Origin: Rhizodiscina lignyota
Lineage: Eukaryota
DNA: 64,000 bases
Direction of reading: 5' to 3'
Assembly: GCA_010015805.1 (NCBI GenBank)
Contig: ML978122.1
Span: 2,638,453-2,702,452, forward strand
Translations under genes and position numbers: made by a program
In this document: positions 26,123-39,117 of the stretch, piece after piece
Position numbering within the stretch: the stretch's first letter is position 1
Layout: every line of letters begins with the position of its first letter
The notes under the pieces: generated by a model
The model's input: only the letters and a program-made list of their open reading frames with translations
Databases searched by the model: none
Told to the model about the DNA's origin: nothing

Positions 26123-27199
26123 ATGAATCAAATCAACCCCCATACCAGCGCTTTCTTTCTTTCAAACATTTTGTTCTTCTCCGCTGCCTCACTAGCTATG
26201 GAAAATATAAACGGGCAATGCTCTCAACCTGACATGTCAATATTCAACGTTAGTGGAGCCGTAGAGTTCCCCGGCTTCCATGACCCGGCCCAGAACAGCC
26301 CTAAGGGAAAGTGGACTCTCAGTATGGCGATTCGAAATGTACAGAACTTCTCAAGCAACAGTAGCAGCTTGGACAGCAGTGCCTGGCTCGATACCCATCC
26401 GCAAGAGAAGCTTTCTTCTCCTCAACTCCCGTATATTGGATGTGCAGTGGTGCTGTTCGGCCTCGTAACAGGCTTAGCTGTCAAACAAATTCCACCAGGA
26501 GTCAATAGCAACAACAGCTGCGATAGTGTCATGCCCAAAGAGTGCCAAGAGTCTATTCTATCAATCGTTAACGTTGGAGCCTCCAGGCAAGCTGGCCAAT
26601 TTTCGGGAGATGAACCTGACGTGTGCGATTTTATGGGGCAGATTGGATATACCAATCTCCCCCAGGGGTGTCCAGCGAGAACATGGGAAGCAATGGATCC
26701 TCTTGGAGGTAAGCTGTCGAATAAACTTTCATAAAGCTTGGATCGGCAGCCGAAGGTGCCATGTGCATTTGAAATTTAACAACCCACTGCAGTAGTATTT
26801 GGCAATCGCAACTTCCTCGATTCGAATATAAACTCGAACGATACGCCTCCATGCGATGCAGATATTGGAACAGGGAACTCAACCTCTGCGCTGCTTCTCA
26901 ACGGGGTGCCAGAGAATCTGGTGGGCAAATGCCCTGGCGGTGCAACAGACTTTGGATGCTACGACGCCTTTGTGCACAGCTCCATCGCCGTCGTGTTTTC
27001 AGCCTTTTCAAAGAATAGCACAGAGGCTTCCGAGTCCTCTGATGCGTCGTCATTGACGTTTGCCGACTCACGTCTCCTCTGCTTGTCAGCAAATACATTC
27101 CAGCCTGGAAGCAGAGTAGTCGAGGCAGGCGCAGGTCGACTGACCCAATATTGTGTTTGGTCCATTGTCGCGAGTCTCGTGTTTTCGTTTATGCTTTGA
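26123..27199 (+). CDS. Putative GPI-anchored or secreted Cys-rich glycoprotein
   Basis: Hydrophobic N-terminus (AFFLSNILFFSAASLA), several N-x-S/T sequons, about 10 Cys; intron from 26709 to about 26792 joins the ORFs in frame; C-terminal AGAGR plus hydrophobic tail (CVWSIVASLVFSFML). Confidence 0.72.
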
Positions 27200-27974
27200 A
27201 TGATGGAGCAACTACTGTACGTGGTGTATCGGGACCGTTACTGACAGCCAGAATGAATCAACCCAGAAAACCGGAAGCAGCTCAAACGTGGCTGGTTACT
27301 CCGGAGATCCAGTTCTGATTAGCGGGATCTTAAGGTTATGCCAGTTTTAATCTTTCGAACTGTAAATTCATGACGCTTATCTGTCGCAACATTTGCCTGG
27401 ACATGGCTGTTGGTAGTTATCAGAGTACTTGTGCTGGTTCATCTACGTTTGAATTGAGATCTCCAGACACAAACACACGCTAGAAGAAACGAGCTCAACA
27501 GACGATGCGATAGTAACGTGAACCCCAAGAGACAGCATGAGGGATCCATGAAAAGCGGGAACAGATCCCTCCAACATCATGATGGCAAACGGAATGAAGC
27601 CCAAGACCGATACCGTAAATGTGACCTCGAGACTTTCGCCGAGATGAGGCTGTCTAACCAAATACAGTTAGCGCATGTCAATGATGCTCAACTCCCTAGA
27701 CGGAAACCCACGAAGACGGTAGAACAAACATACCGTTCCGTGTAGAAGGCCTCATATTTAGTGCCCTGATCCTTAGTTCCCGCTTTGTGGCACCACGCAA
27801 AGCCAATCGTGGGTATATGAGGCTGAACCTTCGGAGATACACCTAAAGCCCGCGCGGACTTTAGTTTCTTGATTCGAATACTCGAAGACTTTAAAATGAA
27901 ACAGGTAGGAGCATATCGTCAATTGAACAGTTAGAGGAATTTATTTTGATCCACTTTCACCTCTTTCATTTGAA

Positions 27975-29055
27975 ATGGAAAACCAAAACAGGGCAGCTTG
28001 GTTAAAGGCCGCTAAAGACCATCCGTTCAAGGTCGACGATGCACCAACATACACACCAGGAGACCATGAAGTCCTGATCCGCACGCGCGCCGTTGCCATC
28101 AATCCCTGCGACTGGGCTGTCCAGAGAATGGGCATCATATGCAAAGAATACCCTGCGGTCCTTGGCGAGGACATCGGAGGCGAGATCGTAGCTGTCGGCC
28201 CAGGAGTTACAAAGCACAAAGTTGGTGATCATGTGCTAGCCTGTTCAGACCTTATTATACCCTCGTACGGAGCATTTCAGCTTTTCGTTCTAGCCCATGA
28301 GAACCTAACCGCAAAGCTGCCGGACAATGTGAGCTTCGCGGAGGGTGCTGTGTTGCCTCTTGGACTCTGCACTGCGGCGACGTCTTTGTTCGCAAAGGAG
28401 AACCTCGCTCTTCCTCATCCACAGCTCCACCCACAACCCACCGGTAAAACTTTGCTTGTTTGGGGTGGCAGTACTAGCGTCGGCAGTTGCGGCATCCAGA
28501 TGGCGAAAGCCGCAGGCCTGAAGGTGGCAACCACTTGCAGTCCAAGGAATTTCGAGTACTGCAAAGCTCTGGGAGCAGAGTATGTCTTCGATTACGGCAG
28601 TCCAAGCGTCGTCGAGGACATTGTCAATGCTTTGCGCGATGAGGACATGGCTGGAGTCTTCAACGCCCAAATTTTCAATCCTTCAGACATTCTGAAGAGC
28701 GGGCAAATCGCAAGTCAGCTAAACGGAAAGAAATTCCTGGCGACGGTGCACGTCAGCCTTGAATATATTCCTCAAGGCATTCCGGCCGACGTGGAAATCG
28801 GGATCTGTAAGAAATGGACGATATGAGCTTTAGAAAATTGCACTAACAGTGTCAGGCTACGGGACTGTCTGCAAAGACAACGAAGTTGGCGAGGCTGTCT
28901 GGGGCAACTGGTTATCAGCTGCTCTGGCAAATGGTTCCATGAAGTGTAAACCTGATCCCAAGGTCATTGGCAGAGGACTGGAGAAGATTCAGGAAGCTTG
29001 CGACGTGCTGAAAGCAGGAGTGTCGGCGAGCAAGATCGTGGTAGAATTGCCCTGA
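27975..29055 (+). CDS. GroES-like medium-chain reductase (trans-enoyl-reductase-like)
   Basis: AINPCDW, YPAVLGEDIGG, LVWGGSTSVG, TTCSPRNF, GVSASKIVV; intron from 28807 to about 28849. Confidence 0.9.
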
Positions 29056-30022
29056 TCGGCAGAAACCAATGTGCTCTTTCTAGAGCGAACTAAGCTCCTT
29101 CATACCATATACTCCTATTAATGTTTGCTATGGAGTACCAGACTTTGTATTTAAGGTGCCCACCCGTTCCCACCACGAAAAGGACGAAGAAAATGCCGTT
29201 CCTGATTCCAGTTTAGCGCCGGGTACTATGATAGGTCAGATCTAACTCCAAATTGGGGATACCCAATATTAATTGCTTGATCGCTACCAGCAGTTATAAT
29301 TCTTAAGATGTTGAAGTCGTTAATTTTGTTACTGCCTCAAGTTCTGTAATGCTTGAAAAGAATTAGCCGGCTACGATTGTTTTCTTGCTTTCATCCACTT
29401 CCGACGCATCTGAGACAATATACATCAGTCAGACTGTTGCAAGACTAAGTGAATAACGGTGCAATCGCAAAGGCAATTGGGGGGCTCATTCAACAGGACG
29501 ATCGATGGAAGTCTCAACATTGGCCACTCTTACACTCTCCAGATAATCCAAGGCGATCAAGCAGGACTACTTGTACCTGTTTACATCACAAGGGGCATAT
29601 CATCTACTTCAGCTTCGGTACCCACAAACACAAGTTCGAAACCTACAAAAACTACTGTATTGTCCATAAGCTCTTCAAAGACTGATTCGCAAGAGATCAG
29701 ATTCCTGTACAGAAGAGTTCCAGCCTCGGACCTGTAGAGCCGTTCGTCCGCGTTGCACACATCTTTAGTATCAGAGGCTTCTCATTAGCATGCTTCATTG
29801 GCGCTTATAATACAATTGCCCTTAGCATCTATCAGATTGGTCTTTCGACACATCTTGACTCTGTCTTGAATACAAACAAACTCGAGTTAGTAAAATATTC
29901 ACCATACACCATTGTGTGATTCGGCCGTCACCACCATCTGTCTTTTACCAACCAACGCTCATTATCCATTAATACACACTTCACAGAAGGAAAGACACCA
30001 ATCGCAAAACCCTTTGCCAAAC

Positions 30023-31138
30023 TCATCGGCCCTCTGACGTTGTGCTCAGTGGAGTGGTTGGTAGGTCTGGTGGAGGTGCTGGCGGCCCAGTTCCGGTCCG
30101 TCTCCTCCTTTCTCGCTCAGATACGCCGGCAGCAGGGCTCAGTTGGTCCTGGTTCTTCTTTGCCTTGCTGTTGAATTTTCCGCCCATGCCTCTAACCCAA
30201 CGCTCCTCATCAGCGTCTTCATCTTTCCCAAGCCAGTAATCAGGTCCGACCTGAAGCATGATGCGTCCCAATCGGCCTTGGAGGCCGCTCCCCTCAGGTC
30301 GCGAAGCATCAAACGGATTCGGCGCGTGGTCGGAATCGGGCTTGCTGTCCCCTTCGCCGTCGTAGGTGTGGTATAAGGAGTATGTTGATGTCGAAGTTGC
30401 AGCAATGTGTGAACGCAGCACCGAGCGCGCGTACGAGAGGACAACAGTGCAAGCGTAGAAGCGCAGGGCCCAAAGGATCGAGATGACAACGATGCTCATG
30501 ATGCTCCCGCGATCAAAAACCACGTCCTTAATACTGCGAACGTCCAGACCAGATGGAACGCCATGCGCTGTAGCATCTTGCCCCGCAAGGAGGCCACCTG
30601 CCGGCGTCGCAATGACCTTGACGTCCGATACGTTATGTTGTGGCGACGTGAATCCGGCCGTGCTGTCGATCGTGTCTCCGCCAGGGATGCCAGCCCCAGC
30701 GTTCTCAGACGGATGCTGCGCGAGCACCATGAACCACGCGACACCAAACGCGACTGTGAATGCTGCGTTGATGAGCGAGTCGATTGCGTAAATGTACGCA
30801 AACGCGACAGTATGTATTGGGCTCGGCGGTATTGAGCGAATGTACGGGGCGAGGTAAACGCCTATGGCAAGGATGGGGAGAGAGTATATGTACATAACGG
30901 CTTGGAGGACATTGAGAGGATGGCCGGTTAGGGGCGCAAGGATGCCGTAGAGCGCGGTGGCCTTGTTGAGGAGGAGGGTGAAGAGGATGATGGTGGTGCC
31001 GGTGCGTAGTGACCATACTTTCATGAATCTCTGTCACATTCAGTCAGCGTATAGATCCATCTACAGTCGCGTGAGTACAGGTAGCTGGAGACTGACTTGA
31101 GGGCGCGGGATAGCGCGCGATGGAAAGAAGCGCACCAT
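30023..31138 (-). CDS. KEI1: Inositol phosphorylceramide synthase regulatory subunit (DUF1753)
   Basis: Exon 1 MVRFFPSRAIPRPQ, intron 31031-31096, then SLRTG...LLLNKATALYGILA.LTG.PL...Q..MYIYSL, several TM segments and C-terminal ERERRRR.GTGPP. Confidence 0.82.
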
Positions 31139-31839
31139 GGCGGCACAAGAGCTCGATGTGATGTTGGTGGAAAGTATACTGCACTTTAATGCGACGGACG
31201 AAGGGTGGTGAGGGCGAATGTGCAGGAAGGTAAGAGGGAGGGAAATTGAGGACTCGGAGGCTGCGGATCAAGATACTTGGCAGTGGCTTGGCACCCAACG
31301 GCTTTGGCCGCCCTGGGCGCGAGGTGACGTTTAATTGCGGCTGGAGTCCGCTCGTCCAACCTGCGCGGACTTCGTCAAACTCATCTATTTTACACGCCTT
31401 GCTCGGTGGGATCTGAGCACACATGTGCAAAAGCGGTGAGGTGAAGGTAACAAGTCTATTCCATCTAAAGTACAATGTACAACACTATTCAGGCAAAACA
31501 CGCACATCCATTAGGTGTTCGTTTCTATATCGATCGTGTTCATGCACTGAATGCGCTCACAACGGGGAGATGTGTAGAGAGTTAATATGGGAACGTCACG
31601 GCGTTGCGGTGGGGAGGTGAACAAAAGACTCGGAAACTCGTTACCAATTTTCCTTTTCAGCTTTTTCTATCGCGGAACGGGATTTTCTCATTTTCTAATT
31701 ATACCATACACATCCTAAATCTTTATTGGCTTTCCCTTTGAGGTCCTTCTCTTTAGTAGCGACATGACTGTCTCTACTCACTGCGCAACTTTATGGAAAC
31801 ATTCTTCCATGCGACGATCAGAAGACCAATACAACGCCG

Positions 31840-34800
31840 TCAATCAAGAAGCGACCGAAGATGATGCAGGCGACTGATTGTTAGATCCCTCTCCGATGCT
31901 TTGCCCTTAGAAAACAGGATCTCAGCCAATGACTTCTTCCGGTCCTGTACCTTCACGACGTGTTCCTCGTACGAATCTTTGATGACATAGCGTACGGTGG
32001 TGACTTCCCTCGTTTGGCCAATACGATGTATCCGTGCGAGCGCCTGTTCTTCCATTGTCGGATTCCAGTGCGGTTCGAAAAGGAAAGCTCGAGATGCGGC
32101 CGTGAGAGTCAAACCGACAGCACCGCAGGACATCGAGAGCAGTAATACCTTGATTTCCGGTTCCTCTCTCAATCTTTTTAGTGCAGTTGCTCTGTTTTTT
32201 GGAGTAACTTTGCCGTCGAGACGGACGGATTGGATACCCGCACTCTGGAGCGCGGGCTGAACGATATCGAGCGTCGAAGTCCAGCTAGAAAGCACAATAG
32301 CCTTCTCCTCTCCGAGGGAACTGAGATCTGATATCAAAGCATTCACTTTAGTAGGCCAAGAAGCTAAGGATAGAGGGCCCTCAGGAGCGGGGCTCCGCGG
32401 ACTCGGTGAGGTCGTTGATGATAGCTCAACAGCCGGGCACGAAGGATAATGCGTACAAGATATTGATCCATGCTCATCCCGTGATGAGGCGACACATTTA
32501 CCACATAATAAAAAAAGACATTGGCTGAGCCAAGGCCTTTTATATGCGTCTGTAGAGTACAAGTGACCCTCTCCTTCGAGATCTCCGATCTCGTCCCAGC
32601 ATCCAGAGCAATTGATTCCTCCAACAGTTAGCATGATATTAAAGGCATCAACAGCTGAATGTTGACACCATTCGGAAACCTTTGATGACCCAGATATAGA
32701 GCATGGCACTTCAGCTACAGGGGCCATGGAAGCAATTCCGAGGTTGCATATCTTCCGAAGAGCGTTGACTCGTTGTAGCACGTTTACGTACGACGGCCGT
32801 CCATGCGTTTCGTCCTGCAGTTGTTCATCAATAGCTTGAATGGCTTGAGCTCTTGCCGAGTCGTAGTGGATCCTTTCCTCATGTGTAAAATGGAGATATT
32901 CTATCCTATCGTGTCGTGCTGGTAATTGGATGGCACTTCCACTGCGACGAAGCATAACGTAGCTGAGAAGCTTTTTAAGCCTGTCAATAGCGACATCTTC
33001 GGCTGCATCTTTCCACTTCTGGACAATGTCAGAGTCGAAAGTTATACGATCGGCGTACGGATAAATTCGAAGAAACCGCAATAAACTGGCAAGGTCGGAA
33101 AGCTTATTCTGTATAGGCGTTCCAGTGACTGCCCATCGTGAACGTGCCTTTAAGGCACACGCAGCTCGAGATGTGGCGGTAGTTGAGTTTCGAATGCAAT
33201 GTGCTATCCAACATTCAATATCGTACGGTGTAAGAGCCGGGGTTATATACCTTCATCGAGGATTATTCGATGCCACTCGACGGAGAAGAGTATGCTCTTC
33301 GCGTTCGAAGGTCGTCTCCATTCTGATGCAATGGTCTCAAATGTTGATATGACCAGGTGACATTCGCTGATGTCGTCTATCGTTTTGACGCGAGATTTGC
33401 TGTGATGCCGTCGCAATATGAGAGACCGTGGTTGCAGATGTCTTCCTTTGATCAGTCGCCAGAAATACCACGAGAGGACTATACGCACTCGGCAATTTGA
33501 GCCTCCCATGAGCCCAGGACTAATTCAGTTGTCAGATGCTTGATGAGATATGCCGCGGTTCTACGAATGGTGTGGAACTTACGAGCCGAAGGAACGACGA
33601 GAAGTGTAGCTGAGACTTGTCGTTCATCTGTTACAGCATTATCTGAGGATAATTTGAAGTGCTGCTCGAGGTCCGATGCCATCAAGGCTATCATGCTCAA
33701 GGATTTGCCCAACCCCATATGATCAGAAACAATACCCCCAGAGAACGGTGGGGGAGCTTCGTGTCGTAAAATGCCGCTCACGTTGTTTATATATCTGCCG
33801 CACGTCAAATTGTGACCAAAAAAAATGAAACAATAATTATTAGCTCGGTAAATGTAAGAAAGGAAGTATCTCAAAATAGAGGTAACGCTTACTGGATAGA
33901 CCCTGAGCAAGACTTTCTCAGACTCCATAAATCCTGTCCTGGTAATTGAAACTTCCACCCCTTCTCTCTGTCCACCATGAATGTCAGGGCCTGTCGTTGA
34001 TGTCTAGGTAGAAGTTAGTGATAATCGCTCGCGATTGCAAATGCGAACACACTTGAGTAAAACTGTCTTCACCGCCACTGGCTGTTTTGCTTCACAGAGT
34101 TCCTTTCCAAATTCGAACCCATCGAGAAAGTCGAGAGGGGCTGATGTACATGTCGTCGGTTGTGAGTATTCATTTGGCTCGATTGAGGTCATGACAACAT
34201 CTCCCTCTAACGACGATAGCCGGTGTGGATTTGCGTAACGAATGATACGATCTGGGGAAATTGGGTCTTGGAGGTACAGCTCGTTGCGTTCAAACAGCTG
34301 TCCAATCGCTTCTGACAGCCTGGATGCGCCGTAGATTATGGCGTTCAGAGTCGGTGTGTAGCCGCAATGCTTCGTTGCTTTTGACAAGGGCTGAGCTCCG
34401 GTAATGCTCAGTCGAACACAGGTCTGCAGTTGTACAGAAGGGTTCATCAAAAGGGGGTGTAAAATAGTGAGATACCTCCTTTCCAGACATGCCAAGACGC
34501 AATTGTCCATTGTTGACAGTAATTGCCCAAATTCATTGAGTATGACATCCACTTTCCCGGCTGTGAGACTAGGGGCAACTTCGCCCACGTTCAAATTTTT
34601 GATCTTTTGATGTTAGCAAAGCTAATAGTTCCCTTGAATATCAGCGCATACCATTCCAAAGCAAACCCATTCATCTGAGGGAGACGTTGATTCATTAGGG
34701 CAACTTTGTGTGTAGTTCTGGCCGTTGCTACTTTCAGGCTCTTCCGGGTAAGGCTTATTGAGATTAGATGGTGTCGAGTAGCTCGATCCCACACCTGAAT

Positions 34801-34921
34801 TCGCATAAATATGACTTGTAGTGGGTGACGAACTCAAGGCCGTAGAGTTTATCGTGTACGTCTCGAGTCGGGGACGCTTTCGGGGGCGGTTGATTTCGTT
34901 TGAAGCCAAAATTTGGGACAT
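31840..34921 (-). CDS. SNF2-family ATPase/helicase (Rad5/Rad16-like, degenerate RING insert), multi-exon, apparently intact
   Basis: NLS-like RPRKRPR; WVCFGM; HQRQALTFM; motif I GGIVSDHMGLGKS; motif II RIILDE/AH across an intron; RWAVTGTPIQN; Cys cluster CSGC..CLFLLCGKC..C....C; EPHWNP..EEQALARIHRIGQ. Confidence 0.9.
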
Positions 34922-35391
34922 ATTGATCAATGTTTCAGTCTCATGAGGAGCATCTCGTGGTCCTAATGGGGCAAAGGAGCATGTTCAGATGTGAAATTTC
35001 ATGTACAGCGGCAGTGGGTTCTGGCCTCTCCTTGTGGTGAAGGAAAGAGGAGTTTCTTCGAAACAGGCGGTCAAGCTCCCCCATAACGCCAATGGATATG
35101 GCACCTCGCATTTGCTGCGCCTCACTGATTAAAGCCCCAAATCAGGCAACGAGGCGTAACTTGCGTGGGGCCGTCGTCCAGCGAGGCGAGGCTGCAGCAA
35201 GCTGAGGGAAGGTGAGCCTCTCCATGTCAACTTCTCGTAAAACACCATCTCTATTCAAGTTAATCCAGTCCACACATATATAGGTGAATATTATTCGCAA
35301 AAATTAGCAGTTAAGTTGTTGTAGTGAGGGTTCGTTACGATATGATATCGTAGGAAGAGGAAGGACGGAATCCTCACGAAAGGCTAGCGCG

Positions 35392-38300
35392 ATGTCTTCT
35401 CTCCACGTCCTAACTCAGCCCGAAAGTCCTGCTCGTCACCTACGCGCCGTTCCGTCTCAACAAGCGCGTCTATCCATAAAGGAGGCGTTCGATCGCCTCC
35501 AGAAGTCGGTCACAAAAGAAGATGAGAGGGAATTCTTCTCTACGGAGCTCGAAGATGTCTTCGCTACCGCACGCGATGTCGAGCGACAGCTTGCCGCTCG
35601 AGGAGAGCTTCGCAACATGCGACGTATTCAGCCATTCTTCGACTGGTTACTACAGTACTCGAAAGAAATGGAGATTCTCTGCAATGGGACACCATATCTC
35701 CCTTGGGTTTGGGTATGCTTTTGCTTCAAAGTACCGCTCAAAATTTATTGCTTCGCCGACTAATGCTGCTTTGCAGGCTCCGATAAGACTCATATTGCAC
35801 TTGGCCTCAGACTTCACCAATGCAATTGAAAAGCTCATCAAAGCTTACGGTCAGATAGCTGATTGTCTTCCTCGACTCGACCGTTTGAAAGCGACATTTA
35901 GCGCCAACCAAGATTTCCAACAGGTCCTAGCGGCAGTATATGCTGATATACTATTGTTCCACGAGCGTGCATACAAATTTGTTCGAAGGAAGGGTATGAT
36001 ATTTATCGGAGCTACATATGACCAGAAGGCTAACATGCGATGCATAGGGTGGAAGTTATTCTTCTGTTCCTCGTGGACGGTATTTCAAAGCCATTTCCAG
36101 ACCATATTGGACAGTATCGCAAGACATGCGGATCTCATTGACAGAGAAGCAATGGCCCTTCATATTTCAGAAGCACGACTATGGAGACAATCTGCAATGG
36201 ATAGAGCACTTCGATTGGAGCAGGAAAATCTCATTGCTCATTCGCAAGCAGTAATGTCGTGGCTCAAAACTAGTGACGTTCTTCAGCAAGATGAACTCGA
36301 TAATCAATTTGAAAAAGGCTCCCCTGGTACTTGCGAATGGGTCATACGCCACTCTCAGATGAAAAAGTGGATTCAACCTTCGCAAGAGACGGAGATATTA
36401 TGGCTAAAAGGAAAGCCCGGGTCAGGTACGTAGCGCAGACGAAGATTTGTTCCTCATGGCTGAGTGTTCTCTAGGTAAAACCGTACTTTGCGCCAATACA
36501 ATACGATTTCTCAAAATAGGTGGCTCAGCTACAGTCATCTATTATTTTTGCAACAATTATCGGATGGGATATCTGAACGGCCTTGCCTCTGTTCTCCAGT
36601 CGCTCTGCTCACAGCTGCTTGAAGCGGAGAAAGCGTTATACTCAATCGCCTATGAGCAATATATCAGCAAAGAGAAGTCTTCCTCGATTCAGAATCTGTC
36701 TCTCCTCCTCCACACATTGATATCGACTTTCGATAATGTCCGCATCATCATTGATGGTCTCGACGAATGGGATTCGAGTCACGCGCAAAGGATGGTAAAG
36801 GAGTTGAGGTTGATCATCTCAAAGAAAGAAAAGAACACCTTCCACAAGCTTCTCATTTCGAGTAGGGAGTTGCCGCATCTTAACCGCACATTTGCTATGA
36901 AGCCAGTAATCTCATTGAGCGATGAGAGGGAAGCCATCGACAGTGCCATTCGAAGCTTTGCGGATTCAAGTGTCTCCGAGATATTTAAGACTCTTAAGGA
37001 TGATTCGAATACCGCTCTTGACGATCGCGTCCAACATGATATTCAAAGTGACTTAGTTCGAAAGGCTGACGGTACTCTGATTTAATCTCCCTGTGTTTTG
37101 AATGTGCGTGAGCTGACACTACCCTCAATAGGCATGTTCCTTTGGGTACGTCTGGTCCTAGGCATCCTTGAGCGCGCAGACAGCCTTCACTCGCTGAAGC
37201 TCGCTGTAGCATCATTCCCCAGGGAACTGGGAGACGTGTACGGCCGTATTCTCGAGGATATGAGATCTTGTCTTGCCCCTGCTGAATATGAAAAAGCCCT
37301 CCGTGTGCTAGCCTGGATCACGTTTGCGAAACGGCCCCTCAGGACTTACGAGCTTCAGCATGGAGTCACTCTGCACGCAGGTAATACACGGTTCGACCAT
37401 GAAACGAGGCCGTTACGGAATGTCTACGACATCTGCAGGCCTCTTATCGAAAATGGTCCGCATCAGACTGTCGTACTCATACATTCTTCTGTCAAAGAGT
37501 AATTACTTCGGTTCGTATAATATTTCATTGTTGAACCTGCTGACAAAGGCAAGGTTCCTTCTCGAAGTGATGAACCCACCCGTACTCAATGCAATAACCG
37601 CTCAAGGTCTTATTTTGTTCTCCTGCACGGTGTACCTGGTGAAGGGTTATGATCTAGTCGACCCCGCTGTTCCCGACCTCATCCACATGCAAAACCTGAC
37701 GGAACGCTTCCACTCACTACATCACTACTGTCGTGCATTTTGGCATGAACACTTATTCGACTACGCAACCCTAACTCCAGATCTTGTCCAGGACAGGTCG
37801 TCTACTTTGGCTTTGCAGCTGAGGTTGCTCTGTGACGTGCATCGGAGAGTCTCTGAGGCCCAACCGTTCTTGGAACAGTTGTCAGATCGTAGTTTGACAA
37901 ACGATAAATTAGAGCAGAAATTGGCTCTCCTCGCCGACATGCACTATCTCCATCGCATTGTTCGAGAGGTGTTGATATCCCGAGAAAGGTCAAACGAGCA
38001 GCGGTTATCAGTTCAAGGTATACTATTAGCTCATGTTATCTATTCATTCAATGATCTTACTACATTTACAGGCGCCAACCCTGCCGAGGATTTGTCATTG
38101 TATAATCGGATGCATTTGAAATACGAGGACGTCGCTCATAATCTTCTTCGAGCCGATCTGGTAGATGGTCTCAGTCCTGAATCTTTGAAAGTTTTTAAGG
38201 ATTGCTTTGCACCGTCTGCATTTGTCTGCAGCTACTCCGGATGTAACAATGCAAGCATGGGTTTTGGTTCTCAGCAAGAACTCTCAAAGCACGAGATAGT

Positions 38301-38765
38301 CCACGGGCCACGATTCCGGTGTCAGAACGTCTCTTGCGATTATTCTGTGATTGGATTCAGCACTGCGCACGCATTGAAACAACACAACAGGAAATACCAT
38401 GCTCCTCAGGATAAGATTTTCGTTCCAGAAAGTCTTCGTCAACACGGTAAACCGCCGGCAGCTTCTTCGTTTCTTCAATTTGATCAGCTGACGGGGTTGT
38501 GTTAGACGAATTCGTCGAATCAACAAATGCACAGCAATCTGCTCCTGCTGCTGCTGCGCCACCAACAGCACGCTACACCGTCAGATATTTTACCCATGCC
38601 CTGGCGAAGAGATCCGCTAATCTATCACAGACCTTCGCCAACTCAGATCTCGCGATCTTCGACGCCCTCAAGAACTTCGATTTCGACTCGTTCCTCCACA
38701 CGGACGACCCGAGCGGCGCGTTTACCTTCGACAATATGAATTTCAATGTGTTCCCTAAGCGGTGA
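35392..38765 (+). CDS. NACHT (STAND/NLR-like) protein: N-terminal helical domain, NACHT, winged helix, two C2H2 fingers and an acidic tail
   Basis: ILCNGTPYLPWVWAPI N-domain; GTCEW; Walker A GKPGSG/KT across an intron; Walker B IIIDGLDE; LLISSRE; KADG/MFLWVRL; RPLR..EL; IHSSVKE; CSYSGC..H...H and CQNVSC..H...YH; intron 38447-38505 adds the last coding part with NFDFDSFLH. Confidence 0.88.
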
Positions 38766-39117
38766 TGAGGCTGTTTGATCTTTCAGCGTCTCGACTAAAC
38801 CCAGAGTCGGAATCAATATGGAGATGGCGCTCTCAAGCGTTCTTCAAATCTCTCAGAGTTATTCATATAACCGTGCACGCGTATTTCATGGCTCGTACGA
38901 TTGGTCTGCTTTTGATAGGTACATTATGCAGCTGTGTAGAGTTTGTGCAAAGTAATATGTACATAGAATGAATTTTTTTACCATCAAGGCCCATTTATTT
39001 TCAATCACGTCCGTCTAGACTCTGGAGAAAGAAAGTATCCTGAGAGCACTGCCACCAAGCCGGCAAGAACAGCTGAAGCTCAAACATCGAAGTTATACTG
39101 CTCATTGGGAAGGCAAC

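Noticed and set aside
27975..29055. Polyketide cluster implied by the enoyl-reductase-like gene
   Set aside because: No PKS or NRPS in the window; standalone members of this family are common.
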